64,000 bases of DNA. It comes from Candidatus Woesebacteria bacterium RIFCSPLOWO2_01_FULL_44_24b (GTDB lineage Bacteria > Patescibacteriota > Microgenomatia > UBA8517). How positions within the stretch are numbered: the stretch's first letter is position 1; each line of letters opens with the position of its first letter. The DNA is taken from assembly GCA_001793235.1 (NCBI GenBank), contig MGHM01000020.1, forward strand, positions 33,677 to 97,676, given 5' to 3'. Position numbers and translations under genes: made by a program. The notes below the pieces were generated by a model. The model did no database searches and was not told the origin of the DNA. It worked only from the letters and a program-made list of their open reading frames with translations. Positions 46,291 through 56,461 of this stretch are shown here, in pieces.

Positions 46291-48748
46291 GTATCCTTCT
46301 AAATATCAATTTTGAGATCTCCACCAATATAAACATTACGGCACTCGCAAGGAAAACTTCAGCCCAAAGGTCCAAGCCTATCGGAACAATCTCAAAAAAC
46401 GCTCCAAGCTGGGGAATAACAAACGGAGCGAGTTGCAGTACCCCTCCTCCGAAAACCGCTACTAAGAGCCACTTGTTATCGAAAAACCCTTCCTTCCAAA
46501 ACGGGAGCGTCAATGTCCGCACAGAAAAAACGTAGATGAGCGAGTTCACTCCGAGGGTTGCAAACGCAACCGACCGTGCCAATTCTATATCCCCAAATCG
46601 CAAATAATTACTTACAAATATTACAAGTGCCATTATCCCGCCGGCAAGCGAAATCATAAAAATGAGCCATTTCATCCATCTGTTTACCAATTTCTCACCA
46701 GGCGAGCGGGGGGGCTCATTCATAATCCCACTCCTCTTGGGGTCAACAGTGAGGGCGAGATTGGGAAAGCCGTCTGATATGAGATTAATCCAGAGAACCT
46801 GCGCCGCAGTTACCGGCAGAGGAAGACCGGGAATCAATATTATGCCCAAGATAATGGCGCCGATGACGGTAAATATCTCCTCAAAGGCATCACTCATAAG
46901 GTATAAAATTACTTTCCTGATGTTTTCAAATATGCCCCTTCCCTCCTCGATTGATGCGACGATTGTTGCAAAACTTGAGTCCAAAAGTACCAAGTCGGAA
47001 GATTCTTTTGATACATCACTTGCGCCCGCAACCACTATTCCTATGTCTGCTCTGGACAAGGCTGGCGCATCATTCACGCCGTCTCCTGTCATTGCCACAA
47101 CCTCCCCGTTAAGCTTTAGCGCTTCAACTATTTTTAACTTCTGCTCAGGAGTGGTGCGTGCAAACAATATAGCTGTTTTTGAGCTTAGAAGTTTGGATAA
47201 CTCGTCCGGACTCATCCTTAATAATTGCTTACCCAAAATCACGGAATCTTGATTAACCTCTACATTTAGCTGCTTTAAAACTGAAAGCGCCGTATCTGGG
47301 TAATCTCCGGTTATGACTATCAGGCGTATGCCGGCGGCACGAGTTTGCGAAAGCGCCTCGGCGACACCCTCGCGCACTGGATCATTAAAAGCCAGAAGCC
47401 CAACCCACTCAAGCTTGCCGTTCACTACATCTTCTTGCGAAAGCTTAGTAACTTCGCCCTGCACTCGTCTGCGCGCATAACCCACCAGTCTCATCCCGTC
47501 TTTGGTAAGTAGCTCAATCTCCTTATTTATTTCGCTCTTTTTCTCACTTGAGAGTGTGCTCCACTCCACCAAAAACTCTGGAGCGCCGTTAACATAAATA
47601 ATGTTTTCCCGCCCCTCTTTATGGAGTGTTGCCAAAAAGCGGTCTTTCGAGGAAAACGGTAAGTCATCAATCCGTGGAGCCTCGGCAAGAATAGCCTTTT
47701 CATCCGCGGTTGCCAAAATCTTTTTGGACCATTCATACGCGGCAATTACGATGGGGTCGTCCTGATCGTTTGTCAAATAAACCTGCCGAGCCAAAACAGG
47801 GTCTTCGCCATAGCTTTTAACAACGCGCATGACTCCCTCGGTCAAAGTCCCGGTTTTATCTGCACATATCGTAGTTACCCCACCCAACGTCTCCGCAGAT
47901 ATTAAATTACGAACCAAACCTTTTCTTTTTAAGATCCTCTGCATGCCTATTGCCAAAACCACGGTCAGGGCTACTAATAATCCTTCCGGAATGGCCGAAA
48001 CTGCAAGTGCCACGGAAGTCAGAAACACCTCAACCAGTTCTTTGCCGGCCAGAAGGCCAATTACAAAAACAGTAACAATGAGAAATATCGTCAAATACGT
48101 CAACTGCTGGCCAAAGTGGGCAAGCTGACGCCTCAGGGGCGTGTCCACCGAGACCCCTTGTACTCCTAATGCAATTTTGCCCATCTCCGTGTTGGCACCA
48201 GTAAGCACAACCTTCATATAAGCGCGGCCCGCTGTGACCACTGTGCCCATAAATACGGGGTCTTTACTTTTTTTCTCAACTGCTACCGACTCGCCGGTCA
48301 ATACTGCCTCGGATACGTAAAAGTGGCTAGCGTCAAGTATTTCACCATCGCCGGGAATTTTATCTCCACTGTTTACAACCACGGTGTCGCCCGGCACGAC
48401 TTCTTCGATGTTTACCTGAATTCTCTTGCCGTCCCTGATTACATTTGCATGGGGGTGAATCATGCTTTTTAAAGCCTGAAGAGCTCGGCTTGCCCGCTCC
48501 TCCTGAATGTAGCCCAGAATAGTATTCAAAATTACGGCAAAGCCAATGACAATTGTGTCCGGAATTTCGCCCAAAAGAAGAGTGACTATGCCAGCTGCCA
48601 ACAGAATATAAACAAGCGGGCTTTTAAACTGGGACAAAAATATCTCAAGCCTTGTTGGAGGAGGAGTTTCCGGGAGTTCATTGCGGCCGTTTTTTGCAAG
48701 AAGCTCACGAGCCTCTGTTGAAGTCAAACCACTGAAATTCTTACCCAT
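46283..48748 (-). CDS. P-type ATPase, cation-transporting (type IIA, Ca2+/Mg2+-like)
   Basis: Phosphorylation site 'ICADKTGTLTEG', 'TGES', 'MTGDGVNDAPAL' and 10 transmembrane segments; 821 aa. Confidence 0.9.
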   Translation of the reverse strand: MGKNFSGLTSTEARELLAKNGRNELPETPPPTRLEIFLSQFKSPLVYILLAAGIVTLLLGEIPDTIVIGFAVILNTILGYIQEERASRALQALKSMIHPHANVIRDGKRIQVNIEEVVPGDTVVVNSGDKIPGDGEILDASHFYVSEAVLTGESVAVEKKSKDPVFMGTVVTAGRAYMKVVLTGANTEMGKIALGVQGVSVDTPLRRQLAHFGQQLTYLTIFLIVTVFVIGLLAGKELVEVFLTSVALAVSAIPEGLLVALTVVLAIGMQRILKRKGLVRNLISAETLGGVTTICADKTGTLTEGVMRVVKSYGEDPVLARQVYLTNDQDDPIVIAAYEWSKKILATADEKAILAEAPRIDDLPFSSKDRFLATLHKEGRENIIYVNGAPEFLVEWSTLSSEKKSEINKEIELLTKDGMRLVGYARRRVQGEVTKLSQEDVVNGKLEWVGLLAFNDPVREGVAEALSQTRAAGIRLIVITGDYPDTALSVLKQLNVEVNQDSVILGKQLLRMSPDELSKLLSSKTAILFARTTPEQKLKIVEALKLNGEVVAMTGDGVNDAPALSRADIGIVVAGASDVSKESSDLVLLDSSFATIVASIEEGRGIFENIRKVILYLMSDAFEEIFTVIGAIILGIILIPGLPLPVTAAQVLWINLISDGFPNLALTVDPKRSGIMNEPPRSPGEKLVNRWMKWLIFMISLAGGIMALVIFVSNYLRFGDIELARSVAFATLGVNSLIYVFSVRTLTLPFWKEGFFDNKWLLVAVFGGGVLQLAPFVIPQLGAFFEIVPIGLDLWAEVFLASAVMFILVEISKLIFRRIHE

Positions 48749-48766
48749 GCTTCATGCTAACACAAT

Positions 48767-49159
48767 TTATCTCCCTTGAAGCTGGTATAACTTCAATCCT
48801 TTTACTTTTCTAAAATGCTTTTCGTTCTGAGTTGCTACTTCTGCACCAAGCTCTAATGCAGATGCGGCAACAATTGCGTCAAATCCACGTATTTGCTTTT
48901 GCCTAATTATCTCACCTGTTTTTTTTGCAATCTTTTCATCCAACTCAACTCTTTTTATTTTACTAAGCATCCTTACAGTTTCGTCAACAATCGTTTTTTT
49001 ACTCATACTACTTCCTGCCCACAATTCAAAAATCACTACTGTTGGGACATACAATTCACAAATTCCGTCTCTGAATAACTCAAAAAGTTGAGGGTACAGG
49101 CCTGTCTTTGCCCGAGCGAAATCTATAAAGACCGAAGTATCTATAACTATCTTTCTCAT
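48767..49159 (-). CDS. PIN-domain toxin (VapC family)
   Basis: 'MRKIVIDTSVFIDFA...YVPTVVIFEL...FDAIVAASALELGAEVATQNEKHF' is the PIN pattern. Confidence 0.7.
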   Translation of the reverse strand: MRKIVIDTSVFIDFARAKTGLYPQLFELFRDGICELYVPTVVIFELWAGSSMSKKTIVDETVRMLSKIKRVELDEKIAKKTGEIIRQKQIRGFDAIVAASALELGAEVATQNEKHFRKVKGLKLYQLQGR

Positions 49160-49428
49160 CTTTTAGAAGCTTGTTCCAATCTTTTGTTTATGTCTTCTCT
49201 AAACCTTTTCATATCCTTCAAGTCTTTATCTGTCAAGAAAGGTTTCATATTTTTAATCCACTTCATATGCTTATCCCAATCAAATTCAGGTTCATCTTTG
49301 TGAACCAAATTGACAAGAACTATCCCTTTTCTACCGTCTGTCACAGAAATGGCAACTTTTTTCTTAAGAAGATCAAGATAATAAGAGAGGTTATCCCTGA
49401 ATTCAGAAACCGTCACTGTTCTTGTCAT
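49156..49428 (-). CDS. Phd/YefM-family antitoxin
   Basis: 'RTVTVSEFRDNLSYYLDLLKKKVAISVTDGRKGIVLV' matches the Phd/YefM N-terminal domain; its stop codon overlaps the PIN start. Confidence 0.6.
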   Translation of the reverse strand: MTRTVTVSEFRDNLSYYLDLLKKKVAISVTDGRKGIVLVNLVHKDEPEFDWDKHMKWIKNMKPFLTDKDLKDMKRFREDINKRLEQASKR

Positions 49429-49459
49429 ACCTCCATATTAGTACGTGACGTACAGGATG

Positions 49460-51163
49460 TCAACCTCTCTGCAACTTATACAATTTTTTTATCTCTACCA
49501 AAGTTGTGGCTTGGTTTACCGACTTATCGTCACGGAACTTGACCAGTCTTGGGAACCTAAGTGCCAAGCCTGCCGTATGTTTTGGAGATTTTGTGAGCTC
49601 ATCAGCTGCCAACTCCACCACAACCTCAGGCTTTACCCAAAAGTCGGGGGTCAAGTCTTTATGAACTTCATATTCTTTGGGTTTTTCATGAGTTACCAAA
49701 TTTTTTAGCCTATTATTTAACTCTTTAAATTGCTCATCGGTAAGCCCTGTTCCAACTTTTGTAATAGTTAGTATTTTGTCATTACTCCTGACTCCAGCCA
49801 AAAACTGGCCAATGCCAAAGCTGGCCCTCTTTCCACGTCCTTGAGTGTAGCCCATAATAACCGCATCCACCGTATCCGCAAGCTTACCACTGGCCTCTTC
49901 AACCTCTTTGATTTTTACCCAGCGCCAGCCGGTTCTGCCCGGAATATAGCCGCTTTCTGCTTTTTTGACCATGGCTCCCTCAAGTCCGCTTTTTAAAAGT
50001 TCCGAATGTCTGGCACGAATTTTTTCCGCTTCTGTTGTAAGTAAAAAATCGTCTACAACAAAGACTTTATTTGGCTTTAAAATATCCTTGAGGGTTTCTC
50101 GTCTAGTCTCATAGTTCTCGCCCATCACATTTCTTCCACCCACGAGCATCACATCAAAAATTTGAAAAGTGAGTGGAGTTTTCTTTGCGTTTTCAGCTAT
50201 ATCGTGTTTCCTGCGCCTATTCATTGTTACCTGAAAGTCCGCCATCTTCATTGTTTCAGCGTCCAGCCCCACAGCTTCGGAGTCCAGGATCGCGCTCTCG
50301 ACTTTCAAATACTTACCAACATCATTAAGCTCCGGAAACATTTCAGAGATATCATTTAAATTTCTGGTATAAGCACGAACTGGCTTACCTTTTTGATAGT
50401 GAATTTGGACTCTGAGCCCATCAAACTTGGGCTCCACCGCAACCTTGCCCATTTTTTTGACCATCTCATCGGCACTTTTGAGCCGCTGTGGCAGTGCCGG
50501 CATTATAGGCACCCCAACCACCGGTTTAACATTTTTGCTTGCCTTATCAACCCCGCCTTTTTTTACTTCCTGAGCCAGTTTGCCAACATCGGGCAATACT
50601 TGATAGGCTGACTCAAGCATTTTAGACTTGGATTTATCCCCTGTCTCCATCCAGGACAGGGCATCAAGAATAGTCTTGTCCGAAAACCCAAGGCGTAAAT
50701 TTCCCACCGGAATCCTGGCCACGAACTTGGCACTCAGGGGGTCGAGTTTCTTAAGCAAAGCCGCGGTCGCGCCCATTTTTCTCTCCTGGCTTCCCTCTCC
50801 TTCATCTTGCGCAATTTTGACAAGCTCGGCATAAACTTCATTTACAGTAAGATTACACTTCCTGTCTGGAGCCAGTTTATATGCCACAGCCCCAAGATCT
50901 CCTGCAGCTTTATACTGTTTTAGTATTTCCTCCTGGGCTACGCCATAAGCTCTCGAGATAATCTTGATCATCATTCGCTCAGCCAGATTGAAAACTATGC
51001 CTTTATAACTTGGGGCGAGTGTTCCGAGCGAAAGATAAACGGCTTTGTCAATTTCATCAGCCGAAATCTCATTAAAAAGCTCGGCTAGAATTTTGGTTAT
51101 TTCAATTCTCGATGAAGTACGCTCTAGCCTTTCAAAATATTCTGAAAGTTGACTCACTTTCAT
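49460..51163 (-). CDS. lig: ATP-dependent DNA ligase
   Basis: Adenylation motif I 'KFDGLRVQIH' (KxDG), an N-terminal DNA-binding domain 'MKVSQLSEYFERLERTSSRIEITKIL' and an OB-fold C-terminus. Confidence 0.85.
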   Translation of the reverse strand: MKVSQLSEYFERLERTSSRIEITKILAELFNEISADEIDKAVYLSLGTLAPSYKGIVFNLAERMMIKIISRAYGVAQEEILKQYKAAGDLGAVAYKLAPDRKCNLTVNEVYAELVKIAQDEGEGSQERKMGATAALLKKLDPLSAKFVARIPVGNLRLGFSDKTILDALSWMETGDKSKSKMLESAYQVLPDVGKLAQEVKKGGVDKASKNVKPVVGVPIMPALPQRLKSADEMVKKMGKVAVEPKFDGLRVQIHYQKGKPVRAYTRNLNDISEMFPELNDVGKYLKVESAILDSEAVGLDAETMKMADFQVTMNRRRKHDIAENAKKTPLTFQIFDVMLVGGRNVMGENYETRRETLKDILKPNKVFVVDDFLLTTEAEKIRARHSELLKSGLEGAMVKKAESGYIPGRTGWRWVKIKEVEEASGKLADTVDAVIMGYTQGRGKRASFGIGQFLAGVRSNDKILTITKVGTGLTDEQFKELNNRLKNLVTHEKPKEYEVHKDLTPDFWVKPEVVVELAADELTKSPKHTAGLALRFPRLVKFRDDKSVNQATTLVEIKKLYKLQRG

Positions 51164-51363
51164 ACGTTTTCCCTAATATACGTGGAGAAAAATACAAATG
51201 CAAATACTACCACTCCAATGAAAGCAACGCCAAAAAGAAGACTAATAAGGCCGTGCCACTCGTGGTGCACTACTTTGTTCAAGCCCTCTCCCACCAAAGT
51301 CAACCCAAAAAGTGTGGGCAGAACCAAAATCATATATAAAAATTGTGGGTCAGTTGGAATCAT
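51160..51363 (-). CDS. Small two-transmembrane-segment membrane protein
   Basis: 67 aa; 4-nt overlap with the downstream ligase start; His-rich loop 'HHEWHG'. Confidence 0.35.
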   Translation of the reverse strand: MIPTDPQFLYMILVLPTLFGLTLVGEGLNKVVHHEWHGLISLLFGVAFIGVVVFAFVFFSTYIRENV

Positions 51364-52425
51364 TTAATGCTTCAGCACATACCTCGCAGCCTTCGTGCTC
51401 CCCTCTTTACCTATTATATTCTTGTTTAGTAGGTCTTTTAAATCCCTCAATATTGTATCCTCCGAAATCATGGGCATAATATCCTTCAAATCCTTCATAA
51501 TCGCCTTCCCGTGGTCCGACAAATACTCAATGAGCTTCATCTGCCGTGCGGAAAGAGCAACCTGTTCACCTATTTTGACCCTCATCCTGGAGTCTACAGA
51601 CAATTGTCTCACCTTGTCTTTGATTTTGGTAAGCTCAATTGCGACAAGACCTATAAAATACTCGAGCCAGGCAGTCAGGTCGCGGGTAGAAATTTCGCCC
51701 CCTTGCGAGTCAACCTTAAAGAATGCCGTGTAATAGGCTGCCAAGTCGCGGTCCAAGTGCTCCTCCAAGGCAAAGAAGCGTTTAATATCGTAGCCTTCTT
51801 TGAGCATCACAAGAGTACTGAAAGCACGCACGGTCCGGCCATTCCCCTCTATAAAGGGGTGAATGGTGACCATCACATAATGAGTTATGCCAGCTTTAAT
51901 AACAGGGTGGACGTCAATAGCCTCCTGCGAGTTGAGCCAATTCATAAAGTCGGCAATCAAATAAGGCACTTCTACCGCAGGCGGGGGCGTAAATATCACC
52001 TTACCCGTTCCCTGTTCCTTAATTACCACCTGAGTGGTCCTAAAAACTCCGGCGCGCGCGGGCTCTACAATTTTGTCAACTGTGTTTTTGTGAATATCAA
52101 GCAAAGACTCGACGTCATACCCGCCTCGCTTGGCGGCAAGCTCGTCCAAGAGTGTTACCACGTTTCTATAATTAATAACCTCCTGAATATCACGATCGCG
52201 AGCCACCACCGCCTCACCTTCCAAAACCTGTTTAGTCTGAAGAAGGGTCAAGTCGTTGCCCTCTATCTGGGTTCCATGGTAAACAGTCCGGACAATCGCA
52301 TCGGACTTGAAGTCTTTTACATAGTCCGGCACTAAGGGCGCATTTTCGATTACATCCTTTGCTGCCTCAACTTGGCCTATACTTTTCAGAATACTGTTTG
52401 TGATAATAAACTTTGGTGAATACAC
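51364..52425 (-). CDS. Fic-family protein (AMPylator-type) with a C-terminal winged helix
   Basis: Canonical Fic motif 'HPFIEGNGRTVR' (HPFx[DE]GNGR). Confidence 0.8.
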   Translation of the reverse strand: MYSPKFIITNSILKSIGQVEAAKDVIENAPLVPDYVKDFKSDAIVRTVYHGTQIEGNDLTLLQTKQVLEGEAVVARDRDIQEVINYRNVVTLLDELAAKRGGYDVESLLDIHKNTVDKIVEPARAGVFRTTQVVIKEQGTGKVIFTPPPAVEVPYLIADFMNWLNSQEAIDVHPVIKAGITHYVMVTIHPFIEGNGRTVRAFSTLVMLKEGYDIKRFFALEEHLDRDLAAYYTAFFKVDSQGGEISTRDLTAWLEYFIGLVAIELTKIKDKVRQLSVDSRMRVKIGEQVALSARQMKLIEYLSDHGKAIMKDLKDIMPMISEDTILRDLKDLLNKNIIGKEGSTKAARYVLKH

Positions 52426-52466
52426 CGTAGCTAATTATCGCAAATTCTGCGGAGAAAACAAGTCGC

Positions 52467-52958
52467 TTATTCTACAGGAGTTAAAAGGAATTTGTGAAGA
52501 AAGACTATTTCCTCATTATAAAGTATTTGTTCTCGACCAATCATCAGGTTAAATTCCTGTTCATCGCTTTCAATATCGTAGCCATACAGCCATTTTCTAT
52601 CTTCTGACTCGTAATTAAATACTGTTTCTAGACGTGTCTGATCCAGTCCTTTTTCTATTGCTTCTGTTCTGAATTCACTTATTTGTTTTCTGGTAATTCC
52701 TAGTTGCAGCAGTGTTTCGTCATCCAAAGTACCCCCGGCATAAAGTCGTGTATATCTTTTGTCGCCGGCTTGCACTATCTCTTGGCCACCACCTGACCTT
52801 TTACCAATCCACTCGTCGTGGTAGTTTCCTTCTGGGCCTCGATAATCACTTGAACTAAAAAGAAATGCTCCTCTTTCAGTCGTCAGAACATTAGTATCGT
52901 TGATATAACCACTTAGAAGTCCCTTGGTTAAAATATCTTTTATCTCCGGTGAAATCAT
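52467..52958 (-). CDS. Hypothetical protein
   Basis: 163 aa; conserved-looking 'KRYTRLYAGG' block; no family assignable from sequence alone. Confidence 0.45.
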   Translation of the reverse strand: MISPEIKDILTKGLLSGYINDTNVLTTERGAFLFSSSDYRGPEGNYHDEWIGKRSGGGQEIVQAGDKRYTRLYAGGTLDDETLLQLGITRKQISEFRTEAIEKGLDQTRLETVFNYESEDRKWLYGYDIESDEQEFNLMIGREQILYNEEIVFLHKFLLTPVE

Positions 52959-52972
52959 TAAACGATTATAAT

Positions 52973-53815
52973 CTAGGCCGTCAATTTATACAATGTTTCT
53001 GGAATTATATTGGCCAAGTCATCGGCGTTGTAATAAACCCCCTGCTTTTTATAAAGCGCGTCCCCTGCGGCTTTTGTAACATACGCCGCCGAAGTGGCCG
53101 CAAGCATTGGCTCATTTTTGGCCAAAAGCCCAACAGTCAGCCCGGCCATCGCATCCCCAGTTCCCCCCTTGGTCATGCCCGGATTTCCACCATGAACCTC
53201 AAAGCGCTCATTAGACGAATACACATAAGTAACCGGACCCTTCAAAACTATAATACAGTCATATTTTTTAGAAGCTTCATCGGGGTTCAAATCTCCAAAA
53301 AGTATTTTGTATTCTTTTTTATTCGGAGTAACAATTGCGCCTTTTGGAATCCACTCTGGCTCCATAACTTGCAGGCTCCCGCCGTCTACTACCCACTTTT
53401 TGTTCGGAAACTTATCCAAAAGCTCCTGAGTTATCTTTCTTGAAACATTATATGCCTTATCTGAGGCATTACTTGGCCCCGTATTCGCCTTTTCGTTATG
53501 TGCCCTCATGAAGCCGGGACCAATCAACACAGCATCGGATTTCTTAATATAGTCTTCAACTTCGCCAAATGGGACCCAAATAAAGTTAAAAAGTCTAGAC
53601 TTTAAGTTTGCCGCCACGTCTCGAAGGGACTTCTCGGGGGAACTGAAAAAAACCATATCCACGACACGAGATGCGGACTGGACCGCAAAAAATGGTGCGC
53701 CATGAAAGAGGCTAGAACCGCCAATTATAACTACCTGGCCATTATCCTCTCCAGAAGAATTTTTATCCGGCCTGTATAATCCCCTAAGCTCACTCGCGGC
53801 AAACTTTCTCATCAA
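52973..53815 (-). CDS. nnrD: ADP-dependent NAD(P)H-hydrate dehydratase (YjeF C-terminal / Nnr2)
   Basis: 'VVIIGGSSLFHGAPFFA' and 'GNPGMTKGGTGDAMAGL' carbohydrate-kinase-like motifs. Confidence 0.75.
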   Translation of the reverse strand: MMRKFAASELRGLYRPDKNSSGEDNGQVVIIGGSSLFHGAPFFAVQSASRVVDMVFFSSPEKSLRDVAANLKSRLFNFIWVPFGEVEDYIKKSDAVLIGPGFMRAHNEKANTGPSNASDKAYNVSRKITQELLDKFPNKKWVVDGGSLQVMEPEWIPKGAIVTPNKKEYKILFGDLNPDEASKKYDCIIVLKGPVTYVYSSNERFEVHGGNPGMTKGGTGDAMAGLTVGLLAKNEPMLAATSAAYVTKAAGDALYKKQGVYYNADDLANIIPETLYKLTA

Positions 53816-53841
53816 TATACTTTAACTCACGCGGCTAGACT

Positions 53842-54042
53842 TTAATAGTCAACTCCGTACCTTTTAACACCAATGGGCTCCTCCAGAAGTTTCCTGGCTT
53901 CAGGACTATAGTGTCCATAATTTCTCTTCTGAGGCGGAAGAAATTTCTCATTCACTACTAACTCTCCTGATTCTTCGTCTTCAACAAACATCTCGTCTAT
54001 AAAGGTTGGTAATTCTAGTTTTTGCTCACCTTCCGGACCCAT
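53842..54042 (-). CDS. Small acidic hypothetical protein
   Basis: 66-aa ORF; no motifs. Confidence 0.3.
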   Translation of the reverse strand: MGPEGEQKLELPTFIDEMFVEDEESGELVVNEKFLPPQKRNYGHYSPEARKLLEEPIGVKRYGVDY

Positions 54043-54089
54043 ACCTATAGTTTACTATTTCAGGTTAATTTTGACAATGTGGCTATAAT

Positions 54090-54572
54090 TTGCCTATGTC
54101 GAAAGTTGAATCTATTTCTCAAACTCCTGATTTTGAACTAAATGCTCAGGGTTTCGTACACGAAATAAGTAAATTCACAATCATACAACCTTGGTGGGAA
54201 CATGTAGTACCCATCGGAGAACCAGTCGTTGTATGGGCGGAATATAAGGATGATATAAAAATAAGAGAACTTCAATACATTGAAAACTTCCTAAGAAACA
54301 TAGACGAACCGAAAGCTGCAGACCATGTAAGCGAAATAATGTCTGAACTAGAAGAATTTTCGGAAAAATGTCGCCTTATCTCTGTACATATAAGCGGACC
54401 TGAGATCACAAGACTCAATAAAGCCATTCAAAAAGTAGATGATTTAGCAGAAAGATATGGTGGTAAAAAAGACCTAGAATTGTCTAGAATCAACACAGAC
54501 ACGGGCATCAAGGGGCTCTGGCGTGTTTCTAATATCTATATCTTTGGAGAGACGGAATATCCACGTAGTTAA
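54090..54572 (+). CDS. Hypothetical protein
   Basis: 160 aa; its end overlaps the recF stop codon; no motifs. Confidence 0.4.
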   Translation: MPMSKVESISQTPDFELNAQGFVHEISKFTIIQPWWEHVVPIGEPVVVWAEYKDDIKIRELQYIENFLRNIDEPKAADHVSEIMSELEEFSEKCRLISVHISGPEITRLNKAIQKVDDLAERYGGKKDLELSRINTDTGIKGLWRVSNIYIFGETEYPRS

Positions 54573-55609
54573 AGAGTTATTTTATTAACTCCCTTAAAAT
54601 CTTCAACAAAATGAGGGTCTGCTGAAGTAATAACAGTCTGTTGATTCCGGGAAATTTCGGAGACTATTTTTCTGTGCTCATGGTCAAGCTCCGAAAAAAT
54701 ATCATCCAGCAAAAGTGTTGGTTTTTCATGAGTTTTTGCCTCAACAAATGCTAGCTCGGCAATTTTGAGCCACAAAACCCCCATTCGCTGCTCGCCCCGG
54801 GAGCCATATTTTGCCAAGTCTTTTCTATTTTTAAAAAAAATAATATCGTCCCGATGTGGCCCAACCAATGTTGTCGCCGCCGCAACTTCTTCAATTTTAT
54901 ACTCCAAGAGTCTCGACTCGGAAATGATGCTTTTGTCATAATTAACTTCATATTTTCCGTCATTTAAGTTCTCGGTGGAATTAATAAAACTTACAAGCTC
55001 CTCACGCTTTTGGGTTATATACTCGCCGTTTTTAATTAAGAGCTTATCCCAAAAATAAAGGTGTGAGCGCGAAATCCCCTCTTCTCGGATTCTCAATAGT
55101 AACCTGTTTCGACGTCTTAACCCCTTCTCATACGAAAGCGCGGCACGTCGGTATTCCCGGTCTACCTGCGAGAGCACGGAGTCCAAAAATTTTCTACGAA
55201 GCGATGGCGATTCGGTAACTAAGTCCAAGTCTTTGGGCATAAAAAGCACGGTCTTGAGTCTCCCGGCAAAGTCAATATGCCGTTTGCCAACACCATTTAC
55301 AAGAACTTTTTTCCTGGCGATACGCTCGCTCAAGTTTCCTCTTGTGATAACCCCACGAGTAAGAACCGCTTCAAGATTTGTTTTATCACTCAAAAGTCCT
55401 TTTGCCCTCGCAAGTTCTTTATCATAATTAATCATCTCTTCATCTATTCTGGCTTTGAAGCTTTTGCCGGTGGAGAGCAAATTTATGGCCTCCAAAATAT
55501 TGGTCTTTCCCGAAGCATTGGGGCCAATGATTACAGTGACGTCCTCAGAAAACTCCAACAGTTTGTCGTCAAAATTGCGAAAATCTTGTAATCTTACTTT
55601 CCGAAGCAT
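54569..55609 (-). CDS. recF: DNA replication and repair protein RecF
   Basis: 'MLRKVRLQDFRNF', Walker A 'GPNASGKTNILEA' and the signature / Walker B region 'LLLDDIFSELD'. Confidence 0.85.
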   Translation of the reverse strand: MLRKVRLQDFRNFDDKLLEFSEDVTVIIGPNASGKTNILEAINLLSTGKSFKARIDEEMINYDKELARAKGLLSDKTNLEAVLTRGVITRGNLSERIARKKVLVNGVGKRHIDFAGRLKTVLFMPKDLDLVTESPSLRRKFLDSVLSQVDREYRRAALSYEKGLRRRNRLLLRIREEGISRSHLYFWDKLLIKNGEYITQKREELVSFINSTENLNDGKYEVNYDKSIISESRLLEYKIEEVAAATTLVGPHRDDIIFFKNRKDLAKYGSRGEQRMGVLWLKIAELAFVEAKTHEKPTLLLDDIFSELDHEHRKIVSEISRNQQTVITSADPHFVEDFKGVNKITL

Positions 55610-56461
55610 TTAAATTTTTTGGCAATGCGGGCAGTAGTAAGTCCCTCGGCCACCTAAGGCGATCTTTTTGAATCTATCTTTTTTGCATCTTGTACACAAA
55701 GCACCTTGCTTGCCATAGGCCAGAAAGTACTTTTGATAACTCCCTTCGCCACCGTCCGGAGTAACAAACGCAAGCTCGCTTGCTCCCCCGGCCTCTATTC
55801 CCTTTTTCAAAACTTTTTCTATAGATTTAAAAAGCTGAGTTTGTTCACTTAAACTTAAGCTGTTCGCGGCTCTTCCGGGGTGGACTTTAGCATCCCACAA
55901 GGCATCATTGGCATAAATATTTCCAACTCCCCCCATTTTGCTCTGGTCCATTAAAACCACTTTCACCTGCCTTTTTGTTTTCCCCAAAATTTCTTTGAAA
56001 GTTTTCAAGTCCAGCTTGCCAAAAGGTTCCGGGCCCAATTTTTTAATAAAGCCAAACTCTTCTACATCTTTGGTTTTGGTTAGCTTTATCCAGCCAAAAC
56101 GGCGGATGTCGTTGTAATACAAAAAACCTTTATTGTCTAATTTAAAAATTACATGAGTGTGCCCGCCTGGAACTCCACCGGAAACTTTCTTGGACAAAGC
56201 CGGGTGTTTTACAAGTTTTGGCCCTCTGTAAATAAACTGGCCGGTTAGCTTTATATGAGTTACCGTGGAGTATCCATTATCAAAATCAAAAACCAAAACC
56301 TTGCCGAACCTTCTAATGCTTTTGAATTTTGCGCCAACTATTGGCGTAAAGTCATCAGGTGCAACTTTTTTGTTTTTGACTTCAACATCCATTACTTCAT
56401 GGCCAACGACAAATTTTTCAAGTTGATTTCTAATTGCTTGGACTTCAGGAAGTTCCGGCAT
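55610..56461 (-). CDS. mutM: Formamidopyrimidine-DNA glycosylase (Fpg/MutM)
   Basis: N-terminal 'MPELPEV', a helix-two-turn-helix region and a C-terminal zinc finger 'CTRCKKD...CPHC'. Confidence 0.85.
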   Translation of the reverse strand: MPELPEVQAIRNQLEKFVVGHEVMDVEVKNKKVAPDDFTPIVGAKFKSIRRFGKVLVFDFDNGYSTVTHIKLTGQFIYRGPKLVKHPALSKKVSGGVPGGHTHVIFKLDNKGFLYYNDIRRFGWIKLTKTKDVEEFGFIKKLGPEPFGKLDLKTFKEILGKTKRQVKVVLMDQSKMGGVGNIYANDALWDAKVHPGRAANSLSLSEQTQLFKSIEKVLKKGIEAGGASELAFVTPDGGEGSYQKYFLAYGKQGALCTRCKKDRFKKIALGGRGTYYCPHCQKI